The notes under the pieces are model-generated. The model searched no databases, was not told the DNA's origin, and saw nothing but the letters and a program-made list of their open reading frames with translations. A program made the translations under genes and the position numbers. From Octopus sinensis (taxonomy: Eukaryota), in contig NC_043000.1 of NCBI RefSeq assembly GCF_006345805.1, positions 139,314,001 through 139,378,000 on the forward strand: a stretch of DNA of 64,000 nt. The letters run 5' to 3'. Positions 37,880 to 51,545 of the stretch are shown here, in pieces; the stretch's first letter is position 1, and every line of letters begins with the position of its first letter.

Positions 37880-38579
37880 CAATCCCCATCATCATCATCA
37901 TTGTTGTAGTCGTCATCGTCGACGATGTTGTTGTCATTGTCATCATCATCATCATCATCATCATTGCCATCATCATCATTATCGTCATCCTCCTCTTCCT
38001 CATCATCATTATTGTCATCTCCTCCTCATCATCACCATTATCGTCATCCTCCCCCTCCCCCTCCTCATCATCATTATTGTCATCTCCTCCTCATCATCAC
38101 CATTATCGTCATCCTCCCCCTCCTCCTCCTCATCATTATCGTCCTCCTCCTCCTCCTCTCATCATCATCATCATCTAACAGCTGTTTTCCATGCTGGCAA
38201 GGGTTGGATGGTTGGACAGGAGCTGACCAGCTGGAGAGCTGCCCAGTTTCCAATTATCTATTTCGTCATGGTTTCTATGGCTAGGTGCCCTTCCTAAAGA
38301 CAACCACTTCACAGAGGGACATGACCGATTTTTCTCAGTCAGGGTTAAAAAAAAAAAACTAGAGCAATAACAATTCTGTCACCCAACACACCTTTACTAC
38401 TACTGCAATATTCAGTAATTTCAATATGAGCCTATCCTCAATACTTAGAGCACCTTCATCACCATTCAGCATTAATATTTCCTATGTGGTTGATGGACTT
38501 GCTAGAAACAGTAGTCAAGTTTCTTTCATGTCACAACTTGTTCATTTATAAAAGGCAAGATATATTATTGCTGTTCCTG

Positions 38580-38614
<35 letters not shown>

Positions 38615-39140
38615 GTCGCATGAGCATGGCATAGGTAGCATCAGCGCTGCCATGTCATCATTCTCATCTCCAAAGTTATTAGCATCCTTTTTACCACCAC
38701 CACCAGCACCACCACCATGACCATTGTCAGCAACATACACTTCCTCTCCCTCCTCTTCCCTTCCTCCTCCTTTCCTCCTCCTCCTTCTCCTTTTCATCAC
38801 CCCCCACCACCACCACAACCAATATTGCTGCTGCTACCACCATTGTCATCAGCATACTCTTCCTCTCCCTCCTTTCCCATTCCTCCTCCTTTCCTCTTCC
38901 TCTTCACCACCACCACCACCACCACAACCACAACCACTACCACCACCACCATGACCATTGTCAGCAATATACACTTGCTCTCCCTCCTCTTCCCTTCCCT
39001 TCCTCCTCCTTCTCCTTCGCCTTTTCATCACCCCCATCCCCACCACCAATTCTGCTGCTGCTGCTGCCACCATTGTCATAAACATACTCTTCCTCTCCCT
39101 CCTCTCCCATTCCTCTTCCTCTTCAACACCACCCACCACC

Positions 39141-39198
<58 letters not shown>

Positions 39199-39560
39199 AT
39201 ATGACTGCTACCACAACCATCACTATCATTAGCAGCACCACCAGCAAAACCTTCTCCTCCCCTTCCCATCCTCCTCCTCCTCCTCTCATCAATGTCATCA
39301 CAAGTATCCAGTACATATATCTTTGCAATCACTACTACATGCCTTCTTACAACCATTTAACAACAATAACAGAAATTTACCAGCACCACCACCACCACCA
39401 CCATCAACAGCAGCAGCAGCAGCAGCACCACCATTATCAACTCTTGACCATCATCATCATTAGCAGTATCACCATTCTCTCGCAACTTCTCCACCATCAA
39501 TGCCAATACTATTTCCTCAACCAATCAGCACCCCCGCTTCATCACCACCATCTCCCCATT
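37880..39560. repeat. Low-complexity (CAT/CCT/CCA)n region with an approximately 240-bp tandem duplication
   Basis: 38706-38940 resembles 38941-39160. Confidence 0.9.
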
Positions 39561-40434
39561 TTTCATCAACAGCACTAGTACCACTAACACTACACCCCAC
39601 ACCCAACCTCTCCCTTCACACCACCAGTACTATTACCTCCACCACCGTCTTCCCCATCACCCCACTATCAAATTCCCATTTAATCTTGCTTCTGTTAATA
39701 ACATTCATCATGTTTCTCCATTGGCTTAATATTCTCCAGATTAAGGCAATCAGTCTGATTGACAAACCATAATTGCTACGGACAAGGAGCATCCCACTCT
39801 CTTTTTTATGTATATATATATAATTTATATGTATGTTTATTAGTGAGTGTATATACGTATATACATATATGTATTAGTGTTTGTATGCATGTGTAGGTAT
39901 GTATATATATGTGCATAAGTCTATCAATGTATATGTGTGAGTGTATATACATATATGTACTTGTGTTTGTATGCATGTGTAGGTATGTATATATGTGCAT
40001 AAGTCCATCAATGTATATGTGTGAGTGTGTATATGCATGCATGTGAATATTGTGGATGTGTATGTGTGGCTATATCTATGCATATATGTGGGTTTTTGTA
40101 TGCATAGATATATACATGCATGTTTCTCTGGACATATGTATGTATGTATGTTATGTGTGTGGGGTGTATATTGGGTATATATATGATATTGTATATGTAT
40201 ATATATATATGTATTTTTAATATATATATATATATTATATATATATAGGTATATATATATCCTTACCTTCGAAACACGCATGGAGTCGAACCAGGGACAG
40301 CTGATGAAGGGGAATAGTCCTTGTATTGTTTGTCTTGTACTCTGTTTTTTCGTTGTTAAAAAAAGTCCGTTTCCATGTTTGTTTTTTTGTTTTCGTTTCT
40401 CGTTGAGTTCTACGTGTATTTGTGGTGTCCTGTA

Positions 40435-40510
<76 letters not shown>

Positions 40511-40867
40511 TATATGCATGTATATATACATGTAGATGTAGGTACGTACATATATGTATGTATGCATATATTTTATTTATTAAATTATTATATATATATA
40601 TATATATATGCATATATATGGATGATTTGTATGTTTGTATGCAAGTTTCCTCTTCTTTTAGAAATTCCTTTTGACTGGCCTCTTACTCTGTAAAAAGATT
40701 TTAAAGAATAGATTTTCTTAAAAGATAAGTGGGGTTTTGTTCTCTCATTGTTCTTTGTGCAACCATTTAAATTTTATGAAGATAATGCAGATTTTTCTCT
40801 TTGAAATATCACAATCATCTGTACTTTATAAATTATGGAAGCATATTCTTTCGCCAAGAATCCAAGT

Positions 40868-41046
40868 TCAGCCATACTTTTTCGAAGAAGGAGAGGCTAT
40901 GTGGTAAGTAGCTTGCTTACTAACCACATGGTTCTGGGTTAAGTCCCACTGCATGGCACCTTGGCCAAGTGTCTTCTACTATAGCCTCAGGCCAACCAAA
41001 GCCTTGTGAGTGGATTTGGTAGATGGAAACTGGAAGAAGCCCATCG

Positions 41047-41088
<42 letters not shown>

Positions 41089-41305
41089 CTATGTATATAT
41101 TTGTGTGTCTGTATTTGTCCTCCCAACATCGCTTGACAACAAATGCTGGTGTGTTTACGACCCAGTCACTTAGTGGTTCAGCAAGACGGACCGATAGAAT
41201 AAGTACTAGGCTTACAAAGAATAAGTCCTAGGGTCGATTTACTCAACTAAAGGTGGTGCTCCAGCATGGCTACAATCAAATGACTGAAATAAATCAAAGA
41301 AAAGA
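40868..41305 (+). mobile_element. SINE family A
   Basis: Homologous copy. Confidence 0.9.
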
Positions 41306-41464
41306 AAACATAAAAGAAAGAAAAAAAGAAACACACACACACACTGTCTCTTTCTTTCAGTCTGTCTGTCTCTGTCTCTGTCTCTCTCTTTCTCCCTCTA
41401 ATTTTAATGGATCTTAAGCTATAAATCTAATTTGGATAATGGATTGCAGACCCCCCATCTACTG

Positions 41465-41789
41465 TATTTGCCTACATAACAGCCTACTAGCAAAATATAC
41501 TTATGTAAGTATATCTTGGAGAAACATCTAGAAGTATTACGGAGAGATTAAAACCATCCTCCATACTCTACCAATATGCTAAAGACCAACATGGAGGCAC
41601 ATTGGGTCTACTTGACATATGCATTGTATTCAAGCACCCAACGGAACCATCACTCGGACAAATACAGGAGTATGTCCTCAAAAAGGAAAGTACCCCGCAC
41701 TAAATAGGAAATACACGTAGAAGGTAGTGATACTCCAATACCTACAGAATATACACACATCTGCTAGTAGGCTGTTATGGAGGCAAATA
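41465..41789 (+). mobile_element. Penelope-like GIY-YIG remnant bounded by 28-bp inverted repeats
   Basis: PSILYQYAKDQHGG...KHPTEPSLGQIQEYVLKKESTPHLNRK (frameshifted); IRs 41465-41492 and 41762-41789, 1 mismatch. Confidence 0.65.
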
Positions 41790-41884
41790 CACACACACAC
41801 ATATATATATATACATATTATTACATATATGTGCATATATATGCATATATATATTATATATATAATATATTATATATATATATA

Positions 41885-42208
41885 TATATTGTATAAAAGA
41901 TCGTGGGTAAGGCCAAAACAATTCAAAGTAATCATATGAAAACAAATATATAGACTTACCTTGCATTCAATATTTCGGGGTTATGACACCATTTTCAAAA
42001 AATTGACGAACGTTGCCGATGTGCGTGTGTGTGTGCTCACAGACACTCACATCGGCGATATTCGTCAATTTCTTGAAAATGGGGTCACAACCCCGAAATA
42101 TTGAATGCAAGGTAAGTTTACATTAATTCACATAATTGTTTTCTTGTGATTTACCTTGCATTTACTTCGCATTGTTTTGGACTTACCCACGATCTTTTAT
42201 GCAATATA
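41885..42208. repeat. Long fold-back palindrome, family P2
   Basis: Inner arms 41955-42023 and 42048-42116; outer arms 41885-41930 and 42164-42208. Confidence 0.9.
42070..42105 (+). ncRNA. Minimal hammerhead-like motif, U3-A8 variant; mirror copy on minus strand at 41966-42001
   Basis: UUC-UUGAAAA-U-GGGG(UCACAA)CCCC-GAAA-UAUU/GAA. Confidence 0.6.
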
Positions 42209-42239
42209 TTCTATACACTGCTTCATAGTAATTATTTCA

Positions 42240-42450
42240 TTTCAAAATGTGACCTCGTGTGTACTGTTGGCAATTTTTTTCTTCTGTCTTCCCTTCTCTG
42301 GATCTTTCCTTCTCCTATGTTTCCGACGAAGAGCTCCGCTCGAGACGTTAAACCCTCCTTCTTTCCTGGGCGTCCAATAATACTATATTTGTTCCACACC
42401 CTCGCATTGTTGAGTTTTTTTTGGTGCTTTCTTGTTTGATTAACTTATAC
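42240..42450 (+). mobile_element. Penelope-like pLTR fragment; paralog at 55225-55445
   Basis: tgtttccgacgaagagctccgctcgagacgttaaacc and tgtttctgacaaagaactctgctcgaaacgttaaatcc; both end at TA/CATA arrays. Confidence 0.6.
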
Positions 42451-42451
42451 G

Positions 42452-42542
<91 letters not shown>

Positions 42543-43891
42543 ACATATATATATATATGTATATATATATATGTATGTATACATATATATATATTGTATA
42601 TATATATATATGTATGTATACATATATATATATATGTATATATATATATATTATGTAAGTAAACAGATAGATACATAGATAAGTAGGTACATAGGTAATA
42701 CGGACAATGAAGCATGCTCACACGCACGCACACATGCACAAAAGGTGATGGAACCATGCACACACAGACTCCACACAAACATTCACACAAAGACACATAT
42801 GGAGATATATATCCATGCATAACAGATGCACATACATAGTCATACAAACCCATACACATAGACACACTCAAACACGCACACAAGGAGACAGAAGTACACA
42901 CACATATATACAAACACACAAACATGTACATATGAATGCATAAATGTGCAGAATGCATACATACATAGCTACATACACACACATACATACATTTATGCAT
43001 ATACAGACATACATGCGCACAAACAAAAAATGCTGCTCCAGTAATGGTCAGGGTCACCATCCCTTGACAAGGGTGCAAAGTAGGAAGATTCTCTCTCACA
43101 CACTGTCTTGCAACACAAAATACCTCAAGTCTTTGGTCCTCACGGCACAGGACATTGGCAAATATTTTCTGACCTACTTCCCTTCTGGCTAAATAAACCT
43201 GTCTCCTGGCTTCCCTTCTGGCAGTCTGATATAATTCCCTGCTACCACCGTTCTTCCAGTCCTTCCAAGCCTATTTCTTTTCTGTAATAGCCCTGTCAAC
43301 AACATTATATATATATATATATTATATTAAATTAGAGATAAAGAGTAAAACACTACGATCGTTTCATGGCTGTACAATTTTAATACTTTTGATATATATT
43401 TAAAATAATATAAATTAATTAATTTTATGTATTGGCTTATGTTTTTCATTGTTCTATTTGCCTAATAGTGGTTTTATCTCTAATTTAATATAATATAATA
43501 TATTTATACTATAAAATCGGATTTAATCCTAAATCTGATTTTTCCCTGTAAGTTTGGATTTATTCCCTAATATTTTATTATATATATATATATTTTTTAC
43601 ATGCAACAAAATGCAATAGCTAATGGAAAAGTCAGGAAAATGGAATATTTTGCAAGTTATCAATTTTCCATTTCAATGATGACATTGCTAATTCAGTAGA
43701 AACCTTCTAAAATCCCAAGAACCATATACATATATATATATATATATATATACATACAGAATAAATATATGTGTACATACATGCATACACACACACACAC
43801 TCACACACACAACACACACATATATATGTATGTATGCCTGTATGTATATAAAGATATATTCCTTCTTCATCATCACTGTGACCATTGTCAC

Positions 43892-43926
<35 letters not shown>

Positions 43927-44975
43927 CCACCACTATTACTAGCATTACGATTATCGTCATCATTTTAATTGCCGTTATATTAACATCTACATTTTCATGT
44001 TTACATGGGTCACACAAAATTTGTTGAGGCAGATCTATAAACAGATGTGCTTCTGGTTGATATCCTTCATGTTTCCAAGCAAGATACTATTTCCCTACAC
44101 CTAGATATATTTCCATTGAAGATTGCAAATAAATGATACTGAATATATGAAGGTGATACATGGTTACAACTAGCATATGATGTGTATGACATCTGATATT
44201 GACATATAAGCACATACACACTAACGTATGGATATGTATTACTGTATTATCCAGACTGTCAAATGTTGTTATATACTACTGGCTGCGATGTTCTTTCACA
44301 GATTGTTCTATATTTTGAATGCTGCTACCCCAATGGTTAGACAGACAGACCAAAACTCACCTTCACTGGGGTGATAGTCCATAGCAAGACTAACCATTTT
44401 TAGACTATAGTGGAATGGAGCAACAGAAATGAAGTGTGATGTTATCATGTGTGCATAAAATATTGATAATGAAACAATAATCATCTCTACATGCACAAGA
44501 CCTGAAATTGTTGAGGAGGGGACTAGTTAATAAAATCAACCCCAGTGTTTCACTGGTACTTAATTTATTGACCCGGGAAGGATGAAAGGCAAAGTTGACC
44601 TCAGTGGAATTTGAACTCAGAAAATAGCGACAGGTGAAATACCGATAAGCATTTTGTCCAGCATGGTAATAAGTTTGCCAGCTCAGTGCCTTTGATAATG
44701 AAACAATAATGTTTATTGTGGTGCCATGTAAAAACACCCAGCACACTCTGTAATGTGGTTGGTGTTAGGAAGGGCATCCAGCCATAGAAACCATGCCAAA
44801 CCAGGCTGGAGTCTGGTGCAGCTCTTCAGCTGCATCCAACCCATGCCAGCATGAACAACAAATGTTAAATGATGGTGATGATGATGATGATGATGATGAT
44901 TCCTTCTTAATATATTACAGTAAATTTGAATGTGAATATGTTAATTACTATTGTATGTTTCACCTTTAAACTTAC

Positions 44976-45082
44976 AACACCTGACCCCATGAATGCTTAT
45001 TAGCAAACAGCACATCTGATTCATTGACATAAGAAGAGTTTGTTTGATGTCCAGTTTTCAGGACCTCATTGTGCCTCTTCAT
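44976..45082 (-). CDS. Candidate alternative first coding exon (MKRHNEVLKTGHQTNSSYVNESDVLFANKHSWGQV)
   Basis: ATG after an in-frame stop, donor TT|gtaagt, phase 2 compatible with the 35653 exon; could be chance. Confidence 0.25.
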
Positions 45083-45139
45083 TCAAAGCTATTTGTATAT
45101 ATATACATTCATGCAAGTGTGCACACACATGCACGCACA

Positions 45140-45735
45140 CAGACACACCACCCCACACACAAAGACATGTGCATACACACATGCATTCATACACACATTC
45201 ATACATACATATACATACATACATACATACATACATACATACATACATACATACTACATACATACATAATACATACATACATACACACATACACACATAC
45301 ACACATACACACATTCATACACACACATTCATACTACATACATACATACATACATGCATACATGCATACATGCATACATACATTCATACATACATATACA
45401 TACATACACACATACACACATTCATACATACACACATCATACATACATACATACATACATACATACATACATACATACATACATACATACATACACACAT
45501 ACACACATACACACATACACACATTCATACATACACACATTCATACATACATACATACATACATACATGCATACATGCATACATGCATACATACATTCAT
45601 ACATACATACATACACACATACACACATACACACATTCATACATACACACATTCATACATACATACATACATACATACATACATACATACATACATACAT
45701 ACATACATACATACATACATACATCATACATACAT
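45140..45735. repeat. (CATA)n array
   Basis: Seen directly. Confidence 0.97.
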
Positions 45736-45960
45736 GGTGGTTGTGTACTCCTTATGCAGTTTTTGACCGCCTCCTGTACCTGCACCATAGCACCATCATG
45801 GCATCTGATGAGACTTTTTAAACCAGACAATGTTTTGAAAAGACACCCACATAGATTGCATATCTGATTTGGACCACCAAGAGTTGCAGTTAAATTCTGG
45901 TTTTTGTGGATCTTCAAATGTCTTTTGAGGCCTCCATTAGGTTTGCAGACGTTTCTGGCA
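45725..45960 (-). mobile_element. RTE/BovB-like 3' fragment with C2H2-like C-terminus
   Basis: CNLCGCLFKTLSGLKSLIRCH resembles the RTE terminal zinc finger; runs into (TATG)n. Confidence 0.55.
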
Positions 45961-46386
45961 TATATTGAATTGAAAGGTGTTCACAAACATATAGGCAGAA
46001 TAGTTGGTGAAGAACAGTGCTTTTTACATGTGACCGGCATGGGTGCCAGTCACATGGCACTGGCATTGACCCCAACTATGATTTCACTTGGTTTGACAGA
46101 TCTCAATCACAGCATATAGCCCAACATTCGAAGGGTGCTTTTTACATACCAATTAAGCAACATTGGCATCTGTGAAGACTACGATTTCACATAGCTTGAC
46201 GAGTTTTCTCCTGCATGGCATATTTCCAAAGTTCTTAGTCACTTGCCATTGCTTCCGTGAGGCCCAACATTCAAAGATCATGCTTCACCACCTCATCCCA
46301 TATCTTCTTGATTCTATCTTTTCCACAGGTTCTTTCTATTGTACTATCTCTATTTATACATTATTTTCATCTATATACATAGTCAT

Positions 46387-46548
46387 AGGCATAGGAATGG
46401 CTGTGTGGTAAGTAGCTTGCTTACCAATCACATGGTTCTGGGTTAAGTCCCACTGCATGGCACCTTGAGCGAGTGTCTTCTACTATAGCCTCGGGCTGAC
46501 CAAAACCATATGAGTGGATTTGGTAGACAGAAACTGAAAAAAGCCCAT

Positions 46549-46610
<62 letters not shown>

Positions 46611-46845
46611 TGTGTGTGTATATGTTTGTGTGTCTGTGTTTGTCCCCCCAACATCACTTGACAACCGATGCTGGTGTGTTTACATCCCCGTAACTTAGTG
46701 GTTTGGCAAAAGAGACCAATAGAATAAGTACAAGGCTTACAAAGAATAAGTCCTGGGGTCGATTTGCTTGACTAAAGGCGCTGCTCCAGCATGGCCACAG
46801 TCAAATGACTGAAACAAGTAAAAGAGCAAAAGAGTAAAAGAGTAT
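46387..46845 (+). mobile_element. SINE family A
   Basis: Homologous copy. Confidence 0.9.
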
Positions 46846-47150
46846 ATCTCTGTTTCTGTATTTATATAAATTTTGCGGAATATATCTCAAATCATAACAT
46901 GGAATTCAGCAAGAAGTAAGTTTTGCATTCCAAAGTTGCAACAAGATTTTAAGTGATAGTACTATAGCAAATGTCATTTCATACATGTACACACAGGTAC
47001 ATACACACAGGAAAACACGCAAGCACACACACACACACACGCACTTATGGTGGTCATCAACTTAATTTTCAGCATAACTACCATCTCATCATAGTCATCT
47101 ATCACTAACAAGCTTAATGTCATTTCTGACATTAACCTTCATATAATTAC

Positions 47151-47509
47151 CTGCCTCCGTGTTTGAAACTTTTTGCAACAAATGTAGCACATAACTTAAT
47201 CAAGAATCATACCGACAACAGCTTCACCCTTGTAATTTTCAGCCCAGTTGAAGATGATCACACCTTTAAACACAAAGGACAGCAACGCTCTGTTGCAGCT
47301 GATAAAGTTATATGTGTATAAGTATCCTGTGTTGATCTCCTGGTATGTGACTTTACATGGATGACATAACCTGCTTTTAAAATTGTAAAGCAATTGAGAA
47401 CTGTGCAATCATGATTATCTTTGAATCCTTTATCAAGTAGAACTTCAACATCTTGCACTTTTCAAGCATTACATTTCACCATTTGATGGGCAATTAGAAA
47501 TTTCTCAAC
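47151..47509 (-). CDS. Candidate upstream exon region of the same gene; frame ambiguous
   Basis: Two overlapping 66-70 aa ORFs in non-repetitive DNA; acceptors at 47509, 47370 and 47194, donors AAG|gtgtga (47264) and CAG|gtaatt (47151, phase 2, compatible with the 35653 exon). Confidence 0.3.
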
Positions 47510-48104
47510 CTATAGATTATTCTTCTTAGCCATAGATCACTATTCAAGTGTTTCCTGTGCAAGTTATTCCCAATAAAGACTGCTAGTGTTCAAGGACTTG
47601 TGCTGGGGACACTTATCAAGAATTAATTCTCAGTAACATAAAAACTCCAAAGGGCTGATATCATCAAGATGGGTGACATGACCAACCTATTGCATATGTT
47701 ACTTGATGAGATGAATTTTTATATTTAGATAGCTTGCTTCTTCTACCATTTCCTTTTCATACATTAAAAATATCTAACTGATGTTTAATATATGCTCTGA
47801 CAACTTCTGGTGTTTTTACTTACTATTGATGCAGACTACACATCTCAAATGCCTACCAGAGGGATTTGTTTAAAAATAACATCTCAGGTGCAAAGTTTGG
47901 TGAACAGTTTCACGTCCCTGTCTGACCAGACTTGATTCTCCAGAAATTCAAATGGAGCTTGAAGCCTTCTAATTCCTTAAATTTATTTCAGAATCTTTGG
48001 ATACAGAGATGCTAAGCTACACAAATGCATCTACTGTTAATTGGTTTCACTTGCATCTCTCCTGGAACAGATGTAAACACCACCTTAGTTACACACACAC
48101 ACAC

Positions 48105-48148
<44 letters not shown>

Positions 48149-49057
48149 GCACATATATAATATGAATATAATGTGTGCGTGTGCACATCTGTCTGGCATT
48201 ACATTCTCATCAAAGGGTGAGAAGATCGAGTACAAATATCACAATGAAATCTAATCGGAATGCCAAGATAGTCTTCTAATATTTATGAGACAATTAGAAT
48301 TTACATCTTTAATACTGACAGGTTATGTATAATGCATAGCATAATATACATCGAAGTTATCAAGCATACAGGTGGTCTGACTTTCATAACTAAGTATCAA
48401 ATATGAGTGTAACATTATCAATGAATCAATCAGTATTATATTAACTCATTCACAATGTGATAAATTGGTATTTATTATTTGATTTGTATCTGTTAGTCGC
48501 TAATCAACATTTTTGTGTTTACTTTGAGGATGGAGGGCATGAAGGTTGTGATATACATGTATTTATCATGGATTTCCTTTCCTCGGTGTATTTTATAAAG
48601 CTACTACCATGGCTACTTTGTCACACTCTTGGCCAGCCTTGTCGCACTCTGTATCACGCTGAATCTCCCCGAGAACTACATTAAGGGTAAATGTGTCTGT
48701 AGAGTGCTCAGCCACTTGCATGTTAATAAATGAGCGGCGACGTCACTGGTGCCAAGCTGTAATCAGCCTTTGCCTTTCCCTTGGATAACATCGGTGGCAT
48801 GGAGAGGGGAGGCTGATATGCATGGGCTACTGATGGTCTTCCATAAACAACATTGCCCAGACTTGTGCCTCGGAGGTTAACTTTCTAGGTGCAATCCCAT
48901 GGTCATTCATGACCAAAGGAGGTCACAACCATGGCTTCTGCTTTTCTGCATTGAGTAATTACATTTTGTTTATACCCAGATTTAGATAATACACCAATTT
49001 TTTTCTTCTTATCTTCATCTGCTGTGTACCCTCTCCATATCTACTAGGGCCGGAACT

Positions 49058-49420
49058 CTTTTACTCTTTTACTTGTTTCAGTCATTTGACTGCGGCCATG
49101 CTGGAGCACCGCCTTTAGTCGAGCAACTCGACCCCGGGACTTATTCTTTATAAGCCCAGTACTTATTCTATCGGTCTTTTTTGCCGAACCGCTAGGTGAC
49201 GGGGACATAAACAAACCAGCATTGGTTGTCAAGCAATGCTAGGGGGACAAACACAGACACACAAACACACATGCACACACACACACACACACATATATAT
49301 ATACGACGGGCTTCTTTCAGTTTCCATCTACCAAATCCACTCACAAGGCTTTGGTCGGCCCAAGGCTATAGTAGAAGACACGTGCCCAAGGTGTCACGCA
49401 GTGGTACTGAACCCGGAACT
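49058..49420 (-). mobile_element. SINE family A, 5'-clipped
   Basis: Reverse-complement copy. Confidence 0.88.
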
Positions 49421-50581
49421 AATCACTTTTTAAAAATTATTTTGCTTTAGAATATCAATGCTCTTAATGTTGATGCTCGCCAAAATTCTTCCTGCAGTTA
49501 GTAAACTTAGAGATACTCAGAGTACCAACCATATCAGAATTGGAGAGTCTGCTACAATCTTCTGTACTGCCCTACCTTCTCACCTCCAACATTAAAGATA
49601 AAGAAAATTTGGGTCTGAAATCATGCAGTTGTGTGAACTCCGCTAAAGTTACCTGAGTTCCAGATTTTGCTGTAAATTTTGGCTTAGCAGAACTTCGGAA
49701 CTATGTTAAAATGATATATTATTATATTCAAAAATAAAAAAAATAAATACATGCACTTTTTTAAAGCCTAGCCAGGCTCATGGGCCTGGTTACCCGGTTT
49801 CTATGGCGTATGTGCTCCCCAGCTGGATGGGACGCCAGTCCATCACACTGTTACTCATTTTTGCCAGCTGAATGGACTGGAACAACATGAAATGAAGTGT
49901 TTTTCTCAAGAACACAACGCGTTGCCTGGTCCAGGAATCGAAACCACAATCTTATGATCATGGTGCTGACACCCTAACCACTAAGCCATGTGCCTCCACT
50001 ATTATATTCAAGCAAGCATAATAATGTTGTTTCACATCTGGAGAAATACATACATTTCTATGAAACAGTAAAAGCAATTTTATCCCCTGTCAGTCTCAAT
50101 TGTAAGTATTCCATTTTGTCTAATGAAACTAATTACTGCTCATTGTGTTAGTGCATAAGAGACTGAGTAATCCTAAAGAGTCCCTTTCCTTAAAATAATC
50201 CATATGCTGAGTGTGTGACATAGCTAGCTTGTTTAATTACTGGTACAGTCAATCCAACACGTTTTGATACAGTTTCTGTCTGGCCAGTTTAACTTACAAT
50301 GTTTTTTGTCAATCTGAAGCTATAGTGTGAAGCCCTTTTGCCAAGATAACATTCATTGGGATGGAATCCTATCAGAGAACTCAATGTTAAGATGAAAAAC
50401 TCTTGAACACTCAGGCAGGGCAGCAGATAAAATTGGACTCATTGCCAGTTCATCTGATTTCAAACTAGCAAAAGTGAGACAGGATTTAAAGTAACAATGG
50501 TATTGGGTATATCAAATTTATCATAGGATAATTATTTTAAAGCCCCATCATTTCTGTTGATCTGTAATTTTTTTCATATTC

Positions 50582-50972
50582 TTCTACTTGTTTCAGTCAT
50601 TTGACTGTGGCCATGCTGGAGCACCGCCTTTAGTTGAGCAAACTGACCCCAGGACTTATTCTTTGTAAGCCTAGTACTTATTTTATTGATCTCTTTTGTT
50701 GGACCACTAAGTTACAGGGATGTAAACACACCAGTACCGGTTGTCAAGCGATGTTGGTGGTGGGGGGACAAACACAGACACACAAACACACACACACACA
50801 TACATATATATGATGGGCTTCTTTCAGTTTCCGTCTACCAAATCCACTCACATGGCTTTGGTCGGCCTGAGGCCACAGTAGAAGACACTTGCCCAAGGTG
50901 CCATGCAGTGGGACTGAACCTGGAATCATACAGTTGGTAAGCAAGCTACTTACTACACAGTCACTTCTATGC
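50582..50972 (-). mobile_element. SINE family A
   Basis: Reverse-complement copy. Confidence 0.88.
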
Positions 50973-51409
50973 CTATTCATAACATTAAAATGAATTTGAT
51001 GATAAATATCTGCAGTAAAGCTAACGAATCTTGTCATAGAGGTGTAAACCTTTGTCCTGACTGCAAATTGTTTCCATTTGTTATTTTATGAGATGCAAAA
51101 TTTTTTTTTAAATGGCAACAGAAACCATTTTTTTCCCCTTTATTTGTGTCTTTGACAATGTAAAGTTGTCACAATGGAGGGACTCTTAGGTGTATTCATG
51201 AATAGCAATATTTTTCTTTTGTTTTTGTTTTTTTCCTTTTCAGATAAAAATCAAATATTTGTTGGAATTATTTGCTGGATATCTTATCAATCTTTAAATA
51301 AAGCAACAAAAAATGACAAAAATTTTTTTTCACTTCAGTGAGCCAATGGAAATACGTTAAGAATTTTATCTCTTTTTATGTTTTATCTCTTTTTCTCTTA
51401 TCTCTATTA

Positions 51410-51417
51410 TCATTATT

Positions 51418-51479
<62 letters not shown>

Positions 51480-51545
51480 CATCATCATTATTATTATCAG
51501 TAGTAGTAGTAGTAGTAGTAGTAGTAGTCGTAGTAGTAGTAGTTT
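51410..51545. repeat. Compound (ATT)/(CAT)/(AGT)n microsatellite
   Basis: Seen directly. Confidence 0.95.

Noticed and set aside
40262-40325. GAAAC...GUC...CUGAUGA permuted hammerhead
   Set aside because: Core halves are present but no stem I pairing can be formed in either topology
45803-45835. CUGAUGAG motif
   Set aside because: No stem II or GAAA follows; it lies in RTE coding sequence
49500-49600. IRIGESATIFCTALPSH resembling a Runt-domain segment
   Set aside because: Short, immediately followed by stops, no splice context; likely chance
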